Positions 17,263 through 27,559 are shown, counted from the stretch's first letter. The stretch: DNA of 32,000 nt from Candidatus Heimdallarchaeota archaeon (GCA_030614005.1 JAUWKS010000013.1:30001-62000); one strand, 5' to 3'. The notes: a model not told the origin generated them from the letters alone. Program-made: numbers and translations.

Positions 17263-19368
17263 ATGAAGAAACTAGCTATTGGTATTGATATAGGTGGAAC
17301 GTTCACAGATATTATTATCCAAAACAAAGACTCTGGCGATATTATCAAACAGCTAAAGGTTGCAACAATACTCAAAAACCCCGAAGAAGCCATAATTGCT
17401 AGCTTACAACAAGAACTAATCAGTGAAGACATAGACTTTGTCCAACAAATCTATCATGCAACAACTATTGCAACAAATGCTTTTCTTGGTCAAGTAAATT
17501 TGGAGTTACCAAAAACAGCGCTCGTAACAACGAAAGGTTTTCGAGATATATTAGAAATAGGTCGACAAAGAAGAGCCTCTCTCTATGACTTTTCTTTTGA
17601 GAGACCAAAACCCATTATTCCTAGACGTTTTAGATTTGAAATTAAAGAGCGATTAAACCACAAAGGAGAAATAATCTGCCCTATTGAATTAGATATTCTA
17701 CCAAAAATAAGTGCCGCTATCAAACAAGAAAATATCAGTAGCGTTGCAATTACTCTTCTCCACTCATATAAGAACTCAATCCACGAACAAAAAATCAAAG
17801 AATACTTTGAGAAAAATCACAAAGATCTTTATATTTCAACTAGCTTTGAAGTTTCTCCTGAACACAGAGAGTTTGAACGAACAAGCACAACAGCAATAAA
17901 TGCAATATTAATGCCGATAGTTTCTAGATACATAAATTCGTTGGCAGAATCATTTAGAGAATTTGGTTTTAAAGCTCCTTTGTTCATAATGCAAAGTAAT
18001 GGTGGAGTCAGTAAATCAGATCAAATACAAAAATTGCCTGTAAGTATAATTGAAAGTGGCCCATCAGCTGGCGTAGTTGCTTCTCGATTTTATGCTGAAT
18101 TCCTTGATCTTAATAGAGTACTTTCTTTTGACATGGGTGGCACAACCGCAAAAGCAGGTTCAATTGTAAATAAAACGATTACTTTAACCTCCGAATATGA
18201 AATAGGTGGCGATGTACATAGCGGTCGAATAACAAAAGGAAGTGGTTATCCTGCAAGATTTCCATTCATTGATTTAGCTGAAATTTCGTCTGGTGGAGGA
18301 TCAATTGCTTGGGTAGATAACGGAAATGCTTTGCGCGTTGGACCAATTAGCGCTGGGTCAGAACCAGGACCCGTCTGTTATAATCAGAATGGTATTGATC
18401 CCACAATTACTGATGCAAATCTAGTTCTAGGTCGGTTAAACCCTGAAGGCTTGCTCAATAAAACATTTAAAATATTTCCTGAATTATCAAAGAAAAGTAT
18501 AAAGAAGAAAATAGCTTCAAAAATAGATCTGAGTGTCACTGAAAGTGCACTGGGAATCATTGAAATTGCTAATATAAATATGAGTCGTATTTTACGAATA
18601 GTAACAGTTGAACGTGGATTAGACCCAAGAGATTTCATTTTAATTGCTTTTGGTGGTGCAGGACCATTGCACGCGTGTGCCTTAGCTAATGAGCTTGAAA
18701 TGACTCATATAATAATTCCAAATAATCCTGGACTTTTCTCGGCAATGGGATTACTGTTCACTGATGTAAAGCATACAAATGTAAAATCAATAAGAGAAAA
18801 GATTGAGAATCTTGATTACCTGATGATTGAAAATGAATTTGGAAAATTGGAAGAAAAGGGAATTGCTGTTTTAGATGATGAGGGTTTCAAAGGAAAAGAT
18901 ATAATACATCAGAGATTTGCAGAATTACGGTATGTAGGACAAGGTTTTGAATTATTAGTTCCACTTTCAGACATTAAATTAGTAGCTGATAATACCTCTT
19001 CTAAAATTGAGAAGCTCTTTAATCAGAAACATAAAATAATTTACGGTTACATTATGGAAAATGAAGAGGTTGAAGTGGTAAATATAAGAGTTAATAGTCT
19101 TGGTCTTATCAAAAAACCAATTCTAAAGAAAGTCAAACCTGGAGAGAAAAAGCCAATAAAAGAAGCTATAGTTGATCATAGGCAAGTATTATTCGACAAA
19201 CAAAAGGAATATATTCAAACACCAATTTATGATCGAACAAAACTTCTAGCAAAGAATGAAATTGCTGGTCCTGCCATAATAGAACAATACGATTCAACAA
19301 CAATCCTTCCCCAAAACTGGAAAGCAAAAGTGGATGAATTTGGGTTAATTCATTTGCATAGGATGTGA
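17263..19368 (+). CDS. hyuA: Hydantoinase/5-oxoprolinase subunit A
   Basis: IDIGGTFTD, HATTIATNA, ESGPSAG, DMGGTTAK, SAGSEPGP, FGGAGPLH and GPAIIEQYDST. ATG at 17263 (ORF track 17230). Confidence 0.93.
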   Translation: MKKLAIGIDIGGTFTDIIIQNKDSGDIIKQLKVATILKNPEEAIIASLQQELISEDIDFVQQIYHATTIATNAFLGQVNLELPKTALVTTKGFRDILEIGRQRRASLYDFSFERPKPIIPRRFRFEIKERLNHKGEIICPIELDILPKISAAIKQENISSVAITLLHSYKNSIHEQKIKEYFEKNHKDLYISTSFEVSPEHREFERTSTTAINAILMPIVSRYINSLAESFREFGFKAPLFIMQSNGGVSKSDQIQKLPVSIIESGPSAGVVASRFYAEFLDLNRVLSFDMGGTTAKAGSIVNKTITLTSEYEIGGDVHSGRITKGSGYPARFPFIDLAEISSGGGSIAWVDNGNALRVGPISAGSEPGPVCYNQNGIDPTITDANLVLGRLNPEGLLNKTFKIFPELSKKSIKKKIASKIDLSVTESALGIIEIANINMSRILRIVTVERGLDPRDFILIAFGGAGPLHACALANELEMTHIIIPNNPGLFSAMGLLFTDVKHTNVKSIREKIENLDYLMIENEFGKLEEKGIAVLDDEGFKGKDIIHQRFAELRYVGQGFELLVPLSDIKLVADNTSSKIEKLFNQKHKIIYGYIMENEEVEVVNIRVNSLGLIKKPILKKVKPGEKKPIKEAIVDHRQVLFDKQKEYIQTPIYDRTKLLAKNEIAGPAIIEQYDSTTILPQNWKAKVDEFGLIHLHRM

Positions 19369-19372
19369 AGCT

Positions 19373-21010
19373 GTGAAAGAAAATCAAGTAGATATCATTA
19401 CTCGAGAGGTCATTCGTGGAGGATTAGAATTTACTGCAGAAGAAATGGGTATCATTTTACGAAACGCAGCGTATAGTACCAATATTAAGGAAAGAATGGA
19501 TCACAGTTGTTCTTTATTCGATTACAAAGGACGAATGTTAGCTCAAGCAGAGCATATACCTGTACATCTCGGTGCTATGCCGCTTACTGTGAAGAGTGTT
19601 ATAGCAACTTTTGAAGGTGAAATCAAACCTGGGGATTCATTTATTCTAAACGACCCATATTTAGGTGGAACTCATCTGCCTGATATTACTATTGTTACAC
19701 CGATATTTTATCAAAAAGAATTGGTTGGTTATTCTGTAAGTAGAGCACATCACAATGATGTTGGTGGGATGGTTCCAGGATCAATGCCCGGAAATGCTAC
19801 CGAAATATTCCAAGAAGGGCTGAGGATTCCTCCGGTAAAAATCGTTCAAAAAGGCGTTGTTAACAAAGATATCCTAGATATTATAATGATTAATTCTCGA
19901 ACGCCTAAACTACGAAAAGGAGATTTAATGGCTCAACTGTCTGCAAATTGGACCGGAGAGAAACGATTAATAGAATTAATTCAGCGAAAAGGATTAAAAA
20001 CATATAAATTAGCTGTTGATGAAATCTTGAATTATTCTGAAAGAAGATTTCTAGCAATTATTAAGAATTTTCCAGACAAAGAAGCTGAAGGCATCGACTT
20101 TATGGATGACGATGGGATTAGTGATGAACGAATCAAACTCGTTGTCAAAGTAAAGAAAATTAAAAACCATCTGACTTTTGATTTCACAGGTACTTCTAAA
20201 CAAGTACGAGGTGCTGTTAATTGCCCAATTGCTGTAACATTATCTGGTGCTTATTTTGTTTTACGATCAATAACTGATCCAACAATACCTGCAAATGAAG
20301 GGTTATATCGTCATTTAACAGTTATTGTTCCAGAAGGGTCAATATTAAATGCCAAATCTCCCGCGGCTGTTGTCGGAGGAAACGTAGAAACATCTCAAAG
20401 AGTTGTTGATACTTTGCTAAAAGCATTTTCAAATATTCTTCCAGATATAATTCCTGCAGCATCACAAGGAACAATGAATAATCTCATCATAGGTGGAATG
20501 GATGTAAATAATCACCCCTTTACTTTTTATGAAACAATCGGCGGTGGAAGCGGAGGTACTCCAAGCAAAGATGGTGTTGATGGAATACATACCAATATGA
20601 CGAATACTATGAATACACCCATCGAGGAAATCGAAGCAAGATATCCACTAAGAGTTCTGGAATATTCATTGAGAAATAATAGCTCTGGTAAAGGCAAGTA
20701 TCGTGGTGGTATTGGAATAATTAGAGCATTTCAAACGGAAGTGCCTGTGATAATTAGTCTTCTGGGTGAAAGGCAAAAAACCGCTCCTTGGGGATTACAA
20801 GGAGGAAAAGATGGAAAGCAAGGAGAATATTACAAAATTACTACTGGGAATGAAAAAATAGTTTTACCAGGAAAAGGCACTTTTACATTAGACGCTGGAG
20901 AAGTAATCGTTATTGAAACCCCTGGAGCCGGTGGCTGGGGTAAACCAAAGGAAAGAAGTAAAGCAAGATTAGCTGAAGATACATTAGATGAAAAAGTATT
21001 TGAAAAATAA
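19373..21010 (+). CDS. hyuB: Hydantoinase/5-oxoprolinase subunit B
   Basis: STNIKERMDHSC, EHIPVHLG, NDPYLGGTHLPD, HHNDVGG, EIFQEGLRIPP and TPGAGGWG. GTG start 4 nt after the subunit A stop. Confidence 0.95.
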   Translation: MKENQVDIITREVIRGGLEFTAEEMGIILRNAAYSTNIKERMDHSCSLFDYKGRMLAQAEHIPVHLGAMPLTVKSVIATFEGEIKPGDSFILNDPYLGGTHLPDITIVTPIFYQKELVGYSVSRAHHNDVGGMVPGSMPGNATEIFQEGLRIPPVKIVQKGVVNKDILDIIMINSRTPKLRKGDLMAQLSANWTGEKRLIELIQRKGLKTYKLAVDEILNYSERRFLAIIKNFPDKEAEGIDFMDDDGISDERIKLVVKVKKIKNHLTFDFTGTSKQVRGAVNCPIAVTLSGAYFVLRSITDPTIPANEGLYRHLTVIVPEGSILNAKSPAAVVGGNVETSQRVVDTLLKAFSNILPDIIPAASQGTMNNLIIGGMDVNNHPFTFYETIGGGSGGTPSKDGVDGIHTNMTNTMNTPIEEIEARYPLRVLEYSLRNNSSGKGKYRGGIGIIRAFQTEVPVIISLLGERQKTAPWGLQGGKDGKQGEYYKITTGNEKIVLPGKGTFTLDAGEVIVIETPGAGGWGKPKERSKARLAEDTLDEKVFEK

Positions 21011-21126
21011 GCCTTAAAAGTAGTTTTTTGATAAAAAGTGCTAAATCTAAAGATTTATTTTCTCATAACTGACAAAATTGTGTAAGAAACGTTTGAGTTT
21101 AGCGTTTCGTATCGGAGCAATGCATA

Positions 21127-23109
21127 GTGACCACGCCAGCTAAGGGAGATAAGATAAAAACAAAAACCCCCTACAAGACGCAACCCGATCTTGATAAAAT
21201 CATTTCAGGTGGTAATTGGTACAAAAAACTCATTGAAACAATGGATGATGGAATTATTGCTACAGATATGAATAGAATTATTATTTATGTTAACCCTGCT
21301 GCTTGTAAAAAATTAGGTTATACTGAAGAAGAATTACTTGGAAAAAGCTCTTTAGAAATTGTTGTTGAAGAAGATCGCGCTAGAGTCACTCGAGAATCAG
21401 CAATACGCTTTAGTGAAAAAGTCTCTACACAATATGAAATTACTTTTAAAACAAAAGTTGGCTCAAAATTTCCCGTTCTGATTAGTGGTTCACCAATTTT
21501 GGATGAGAATAATCAAACACTTGGCACTTATGCATTAATTACTGATATCAGAGATAGAAAGGTTGTAGAAAAAGAGTTACGGGATAAGAATAATGAATTA
21601 CAAAATCTCTATAACAATTTATTGGAGTTATATCAGCAACTGGGTGCAATAATCGCAGAGACAACTACAGTACCCTCAACTGAAATTTTGCTTTTCACCT
21701 CCAAGCATTGTGTGTATTGTGCACCTGCAGAAGAGGTCCTACAACAGGTACTTGCTTCTTACGCTGGAAAAATCACTTACAGAAAAGTGGATATTGATGA
21801 AGAGCCTGAGTTGGCAGCAGAACATGAGATTCTTTCCCTCCCAACAATTGCAATTGGCGAAGAACAACTAACTTCTGTTCCTGATATCTATAAATTACAT
21901 TCAGCATTATTCAGTGCATTAGTGCCCGAAGAAAAGTTCAGAAGAACAAGACAAGAATTAGATAATATTATTGATAATTCACCTGTTGCTATTTTTACTA
22001 TAAATTCTAAAGGAACGGTTACCAAAAGTAATCCTCTTGTCGGGATACTGACCGGTGTGGAATTACAAGACATTACAGGTCATGATGCACTAAATCCAGA
22101 AAAGAATGGAGAATCACTATTTCCAAAATCACTCATTAAGCTTTTTAAGAAAGGCCTAAAAGGTAAGACAATAACTGAAGATCGTTTACGTATCAAAGAC
22201 TATTCCTCTGAGAAAGATGATCCATTTTCAATTGTTAGTTTCAAAGTAGTTCCAATGGCTACTAAAGAGGGAGAAATAAACGAAATTCTTGTCTTATGTG
22301 AAGATGTCACTAAACTGGCTATGCAAGAAGAAGCATTGAGTGAATCCTATACCAAATTAGAAGACCTGAATGACAAGCTTTTACAATTAAATAAAGATAG
22401 GTCGAATTTTGTTGAACTTACTTCGACTAAACTTTTAGAACCATTAAGAAACTCAAGAGAGTTGATAGATACTATTCTTCGTGGGCAATTAGGCATGCTG
22501 AGTGAAGAACTATTTGGCACAATGGAATTTCTGAGAAATAACTTAGAAAAAGTATCAAAAAGTATTTTTGGCATTATAGAATTTTCAAATATAGAAGCAC
22601 AAGACTTCAGTTTGAAACTTGATGAACATAACCTTAAGGATCTTATTTCACAAACAACTAGTTTAGTTGGGTCTGTAGGTATACAAAAAAGCTTTATTGG
22701 GACAATTGAACTTTCTAATGAAGTCACTGTTTGGTGTGACTCTGAACAAATTATTCGTGTTTTAAGAAACTTAGTTTTGAATGCTATCCAATTCACTCCT
22801 ATAAATTGTAACATTCACTTTTCAGCTGAAGATAAGAATGGTCTTGTTGCTGTTTATTTGAAGGATAACGGTTTTGGTATTGCTAAGAAAGATCTTAAAA
22901 GAATATTTGAGCAATATGTAAAAACTGATCCCGAAAGTTCTGGGTCGGGTTTAGGGTTATCCATGGTAAAAAGTTTAGTGGAAGCTCACGGAGGAACCGT
23001 TAGAGCAGAATCGGAAGGCAAAAACAAAGGTTCAACGTTTATGTTTACTTTGCCAACCAATAAAGCATCATATGAAAAACTAATCTCTAAGAAAGAGAAA
23101 TCAAATTAG
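21127..23109 (+). CDS. PAS - thioredoxin - PAS - HisKA-like - HATPase sensor kinase-like protein lacking the phospho-His
   Basis: PAS1 (IIYVNPAACKKLGY..TDIRDRK), thioredoxin-fold segment with CVYC and LPT, PAS2, H-box region TSTKLLEPL, N-box NLVLNAIQF, G1 DNGFGI and G2 GSGLGLS. Confidence 0.88.
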   Translation: MTTPAKGDKIKTKTPYKTQPDLDKIISGGNWYKKLIETMDDGIIATDMNRIIIYVNPAACKKLGYTEEELLGKSSLEIVVEEDRARVTRESAIRFSEKVSTQYEITFKTKVGSKFPVLISGSPILDENNQTLGTYALITDIRDRKVVEKELRDKNNELQNLYNNLLELYQQLGAIIAETTTVPSTEILLFTSKHCVYCAPAEEVLQQVLASYAGKITYRKVDIDEEPELAAEHEILSLPTIAIGEEQLTSVPDIYKLHSALFSALVPEEKFRRTRQELDNIIDNSPVAIFTINSKGTVTKSNPLVGILTGVELQDITGHDALNPEKNGESLFPKSLIKLFKKGLKGKTITEDRLRIKDYSSEKDDPFSIVSFKVVPMATKEGEINEILVLCEDVTKLAMQEEALSESYTKLEDLNDKLLQLNKDRSNFVELTSTKLLEPLRNSRELIDTILRGQLGMLSEELFGTMEFLRNNLEKVSKSIFGIIEFSNIEAQDFSLKLDEHNLKDLISQTTSLVGSVGIQKSFIGTIELSNEVTVWCDSEQIIRVLRNLVLNAIQFTPINCNIHFSAEDKNGLVAVYLKDNGFGIAKKDLKRIFEQYVKTDPESSGSGLGLSMVKSLVEAHGGTVRAESEGKNKGSTFMFTLPTNKASYEKLISKKEKSN

Positions 23110-23191
23110 TTACTGGTTCTTTTTATATAACTTTGTTTTGTTAGTCAGAAACGTTTTATATAGACGCAATATTGTGATACGGTGATAAAAA

Positions 23192-24325
23192 ATGCAATAT
23201 CGTACTTTAGGCAAAACAGGACGAAAAGTATCAGTACTAGGTTTTGGCGCAATGCGTTTACCCACAATAAAACTTGGGGAACAAGCAATCAAACATGATG
23301 AAGCAATAGAATTGATAAGAAAAAGCATAGATGCTGGAGTAAATTATGTTGACACAGCATATAATTATCATAGCGATGAAAGTGAGCTTGTTGTAGCAAA
23401 AGCATTGAAGGATGGTTATCGAGAGAAAGTTACTCTTGCAACAAAAGCACCAATTTGGAAGAAAGAGTACGATAAAGAAGAAAGCTTTGATAAATATCTC
23501 AATGAACAATTGAAAAAATTAGAAGTAGAAACGATAGATGTGTATCTTTTCCATGCTTTAAATACTAAAACATGGAAGAAACTGAATGAAATAAAAGGAA
23601 TTGAAAGTGCAAAGAAAGCTAAAGCAGCAGGAAAAATAAATCACTTGGCCTTTTCATTCCATGATAAACCAGAGCTTCTGAAAGAGATAATTGATTCTGA
23701 AGCATTTGAGGTAATGCTTGTACAGTACAATATTCTTGATACTGTAAATGAAGAAATGATCAAGTATGCATCTGAAAAAGGGATTGGTGTAGTTGTAATG
23801 GGTCCAGTAGGAGGAGGCCGACTTGCTGGTGTTCCACCTGAGAAACTAGAACAATACTTGTTACCAGGGAAGAAGAATTTTGCTGATTTAGCATTAAGGT
23901 ATGTTTGGAATAATCCATACGTTGACGTTGCATTATCTGGTATGGGTACAGATGAAATGGTAGAGGAAAATCTCGCTTTGGCTTCTAACGAAGAGTACAC
24001 TTTAACAGATACTCAGAAAAAAATGGCTGATGAATTAGGTGTCAAATTTAAAGGATTGACAGATAACCTTTGTACAAACTGTAAATATTGTATGCCGTGT
24101 GAACAAGAAGTAAATATTGCATTCATCTTTCAAGCACTGATAAATTACCAAGTTTACGGACAAGAAGACGAAGCGAAAAGAAGGTACAGCATAATAGGTA
24201 AAGAAGATTGGGCTTCTGGAAAAAATGCTGAAGCTTGCACAGAATGTGGTGAGTGTTTAGAAAAATGCCCGCAGAAAATACCTATTATTGATCAATTAAA
24301 GAAAGCACACGAAATCCTGACTTAA
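23192..24325 (+). CDS. Aldo/keto reductase with C-terminal 4Fe-4S dicluster domain
   Basis: LGFGAMRLP, VDTAYNY, ATK and LFH motifs. C-terminal CTNCKYCMPC and CTECGECLEKCP. Confidence 0.93.
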   Translation: MQYRTLGKTGRKVSVLGFGAMRLPTIKLGEQAIKHDEAIELIRKSIDAGVNYVDTAYNYHSDESELVVAKALKDGYREKVTLATKAPIWKKEYDKEESFDKYLNEQLKKLEVETIDVYLFHALNTKTWKKLNEIKGIESAKKAKAAGKINHLAFSFHDKPELLKEIIDSEAFEVMLVQYNILDTVNEEMIKYASEKGIGVVVMGPVGGGRLAGVPPEKLEQYLLPGKKNFADLALRYVWNNPYVDVALSGMGTDEMVEENLALASNEEYTLTDTQKKMADELGVKFKGLTDNLCTNCKYCMPCEQEVNIAFIFQALINYQVYGQEDEAKRRYSIIGKEDWASGKNAEACTECGECLEKCPQKIPIIDQLKKAHEILT

Positions 24326-24358
24326 TTAATTAATAAGACTAATAAAAATAAAAAAACA

Positions 24359-24390
24359 GCAGTTGAGAAACTGCTTCTATCTTTCTTTTT
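24359..24390. terminator. Bidirectional terminator-like hairpin
   Basis: Stem gcagtt / aactgc with GAGA loop (24359-24374), flanked by an A-run on the left and a T-rich run on the right, between convergent genes. Confidence 0.6.
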
Positions 24391-25080
24391 CTATCTCATC
24401 CATTGTGCTACTTTGACTCCTTTCCAACGTTTTATCTCGCCGTTTTTCATACCGATGAAATCAGGAATCATTCTGAGGATAATGAGTATTGTGCACCCCC
24501 AACTAAAAACCATTATTGGCCACGTATGCCAATGAGTTCCATCAAGCAAGGAAAATTGTCCTACTAGATAGAAAATAGTGTATGTTGTCGCAACGGATAC
24601 TGTTGCCATTATACCTGCTATTCCACTATATCTGATAATTATTAACCAAACAAGTAATGAAACCCACCAAACAAGGATACCCCATGGATTGATTACAATC
24701 ATGACACCAGTTAATACTGCAAATCCTTTGCCTCCTTGAAATTTCATCCAAGGCATCCAACAATGTCCCGCAAATGCTGCAATACCACACAGAGCAGCTA
24801 GTAAATCCAAATTCACTGGTTCTAAAGATGTTAGAGTACTGAAAAAGATATATCGAGTTAATAATGTGCCAAGAAAGCCTTTTGTAATATCTAAAGACAT
24901 AGTTAAAATCGCCCAACTATAACCCGCTGTTCGTACAGTGTTTCTAGTGCTAACGGAACCTGAACCTTCATTTCGCACATCTTTTCCAGTAACTAATTTA
25001 ACAATAATCCAAGCAAATGGAATCGAACCGAAAAAGAACCCAATAATTGGTGCTAAAATATAAGGATAAATCATCTGCAA
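24391..25080 (-). CDS. plsY: PlsY-family glycerol-3-phosphate acyltransferase-like membrane protein (divergent motifs)
   Basis: GSIPF, DVRNEGSGS, LDITKG, GHCW and FQGGKG motifs with about 7 TM segments. Confidence 0.85.
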   Translation of the reverse strand: MQMIYPYILAPIIGFFFGSIPFAWIIVKLVTGKDVRNEGSGSVSTRNTVRTAGYSWAILTMSLDITKGFLGTLLTRYIFFSTLTSLEPVNLDLLAALCGIAAFAGHCWMPWMKFQGGKGFAVLTGVMIVINPWGILVWWVSLLVWLIIIRYSGIAGIMATVSVATTYTIFYLVGQFSLLDGTHWHTWPIMVFSWGCTILIILRMIPDFIGMKNGEIKRWKGVKVAQWMR

Positions 25081-25252
25081 AATCTCCTGTTATTAGCACT
25101 ACTATTCTTTATCTTTAAATAGATTTTTCACAGACGCTATGATATGGTTATTACGGCTAATTCTTTAACAAAATTAATTCTTTGGCAAAAACTAAAAAAG
25201 CAGAAGAGCTTAAAGAGGATAACAAACCAAATCAAAAGAGAGACTGATTATC

Positions 25253-25519
25253 TTGGTATCTTGGAAAGAAGAATTTAAACAAGCAGGTATAGAGTTGGGG
25301 TATGATTTACTATTAGTTGCACTAATCATTTGTTGGGTAGCGGCTATTGTTACTGCTATACTAGAAGTTTCTCTTTGGATTGCCTTAGGACTTTTCTTTT
25401 TGGGATGTATTTTCTTATTTTCAATGTTTACAGTATCGAGAAATTCAGAAGAAGCTGAGAAAAAAGCTCTAGCAAAAGAAAATTCTGAAGATGTAGAAGA
25501 GGAAGAAGAAAAAGCATAA
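25253..25519 (+). CDS. Small two-TM membrane protein with acidic C-terminal tail
   Basis: TTG start, two hydrophobic segments, tail EDVEEEEEKA. No family recognised. Confidence 0.65.
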   Translation: MVSWKEEFKQAGIELGYDLLLVALIICWVAAIVTAILEVSLWIALGLFFLGCIFLFSMFTVSRNSEEAEKKALAKENSEDVEEEEEKA

Positions 25520-25752
25520 GAAAGTATATTTTTGGAATAATTTTATTCGTAAGAGAAACTAACAGCCTTTTTTTTCTTTGTTATACCCATAACACAATAC
25601 TTTTTTGCATACAATTCAAAAATATGCTATCTGATAATTTGTTGCTAATAGTTAAATTGCTCGTAATTTTGTAAATTAGGTTCATTTACACAAATGAATA
25701 AGCAGAATAATCAAATTATTAACTATTGAAATCCTGTTTGGAGAGAAAAAAC

Positions 25753-27402
25753 ATGCCAGAAGTAGGTCTAGGAGAATTCGATGATCAAGAAGTATTAAAG
25801 AAATCGCTTGTGGCATTCGAAAAAACCAAAAAAGAGATTCAAGATCATATTCTTGAAAGAACCGCAGTTGTTCCTGATGTAACTTTAACTGAAATAGAAA
25901 AAGAATTCAATATTTCCACAGAACTCGCGAAAGCAATTTTTGTGTTAGAATTTGAGTATTATATTCCGAGGAAACTTTCAGCAAATTGTTACCTCTCTGA
26001 AATGAAGAGACTTACAGAAGCTCAATATGAATTGCCGGATATTTACTCTTTTAGAGTAAGGTATTCAATGGAAGAAGGTTTTTGGATTAAATATCTAGTA
26101 GTGGATCTTCCAAAAAAACTTGAACATAAAATGGGTAAACTGAAAAAAATCTATTGTTCTCTATTTGGCGACCTCGCCGCGGATAAAGAAGACGCAGCCG
26201 TATATATTATCGAAAGAGCTTTTATCTGTAGTGAGGTAATAAGACCAATTATCCATTCTTGGATGAAAGAGCATCATCGAGCAAAGTATTCTGATTGTGT
26301 GAAAACATTTTTGTGTAGCATCCAACGAAAAGCAAGAGAAAAGTGTTTACCATTAGTGGAAGAAATTGGCAATAGATTTCATTCACAGATGGATTCACTA
26401 AGAAGTATCATTACCGAAATTCGACCAAAAGGGTGGATAATGAATGCAAAAGAAGAATATAATAAACTTTCAGAGAAACTAATACTATTTGAAAAGGAAG
26501 ACTACCTTGATTGGCGATTAGCTGCAGAAATTATTTTAGAAACAATGTTGTTGAGAGATTTTGATGATCAAGATAAAGAAGAAACAGATTTTGTAGTTAA
26601 AGAAATGCCAAAACAAAAAGAAAATATTGTAACTCAAATGATAACAACAAAAAAGGAAAAATACCTCACAGATGATATTTCAGTAATTCTTACAAAAATA
26701 GTTGATTTATCTGAAGAGAACCAGAAACCGCTAATAGAAGAGATGATACAAGAAAATTATGATCATGCAACAGTCAAAAACCGAGTAAAACCAGCTATTT
26801 TCTCAAAGATTTTTCTTGAAAGGATTATGACTGAACTGATGATTGGAAATAAAGAAATAGTCAAAATAACAAAGAAATTTGATGTACAACTTATGTTTCG
26901 CTTATCTCCTGCTGGAGGAAAAGAATTTCCACATTTAGGAATAGATGACAAAATAACTGGATTGCTTGAAGAATTTGTTATGGATATTCTACAAAAACAA
27001 AATGAGCTAAAAATGATTTCTACAGAAGAAACTATGAGGGAGAAAGCTGAGCAATCTATTGAAGAGAGCGAAAAACACTCAGAAGAAGTAGACTCGACAA
27101 AGAAAAGTCAAGTGGTTGGGAAAATAAAGGAATCGAGTGAAAAGGAATTATGGTTATTTGTAAGAGATGAATACTTGAAAGAATTATTCGATAGTGAGAA
27201 AGAATTAGTTGCAGGAGCAAGAATTCTGAAGAAATATTCACTTGAACTGGGATTATTAATGACTGAGGGAGAAGCAACGTCATATCTAACCTCTGAACTC
27301 GATAAGAAGGGCTTTTCTATTGAAAGCTCAAGCAGAGAAGATATTGATTCAAATGTGTGCAAAATCGTTTTCAAACAGTTGAAAGAATTGAGGAAATACT
27401 AA
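25753..27402 (+). CDS. Hypothetical soluble, largely helical protein, possible N-terminal winged helix
   Basis: Long ORF; likely ATG 25753 after GGAGAG (ORF track start 25726). DVTLTEIEKEFNISTELAKAIF is HTH-like. Confidence 0.75.
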   Translation: MPEVGLGEFDDQEVLKKSLVAFEKTKKEIQDHILERTAVVPDVTLTEIEKEFNISTELAKAIFVLEFEYYIPRKLSANCYLSEMKRLTEAQYELPDIYSFRVRYSMEEGFWIKYLVVDLPKKLEHKMGKLKKIYCSLFGDLAADKEDAAVYIIERAFICSEVIRPIIHSWMKEHHRAKYSDCVKTFLCSIQRKAREKCLPLVEEIGNRFHSQMDSLRSIITEIRPKGWIMNAKEEYNKLSEKLILFEKEDYLDWRLAAEIILETMLLRDFDDQDKEETDFVVKEMPKQKENIVTQMITTKKEKYLTDDISVILTKIVDLSEENQKPLIEEMIQENYDHATVKNRVKPAIFSKIFLERIMTELMIGNKEIVKITKKFDVQLMFRLSPAGGKEFPHLGIDDKITGLLEEFVMDILQKQNELKMISTEETMREKAEQSIEESEKHSEEVDSTKKSQVVGKIKESSEKELWLFVRDEYLKELFDSEKELVAGARILKKYSLELGLLMTEGEATSYLTSELDKKGFSIESSSREDIDSNVCKIVFKQLKELRKY

Positions 27403-27421
27403 AAAAAATCATTATCCTCTT

Positions 27422-27559
27422 TTATCTGTCCTCAAAAATTGAGAAGGATCTACTCGTCGTTTTTTGATTAGCATTATCAGAAGAATTGTTACCAATAACA
27501 TCTTTCTTACGGTAACTGCGGCTCAGATTTTCCGCCCAAAAATCTAGTTCAACTGGCAT
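27422..27559 (-). CDS. Candidate 45-aa small protein (MPVELDFWAENLSRSYRKKDVIGNNSSDNANQKTTSRSFSIFEDR)
   Basis: Hand-translated and below the ORF-track length cutoff. ATG preceded by SD-like GAGAAGGT; lies in an otherwise empty 600-bp gap. Confidence 0.35.
   Translation of the reverse strand: MPVELDFWAENLSRSYRKKDVIGNNSSDNANQKTTSRSFSIFEDR

Noticed and set aside
19366-19375. TGA readthrough or selenocysteine fusing hydantoinase A and B into one oxoprolinase
   Set aside because: Subunit B starts 4 nt after the stop in a different frame; this is an ordinary two-gene arrangement.
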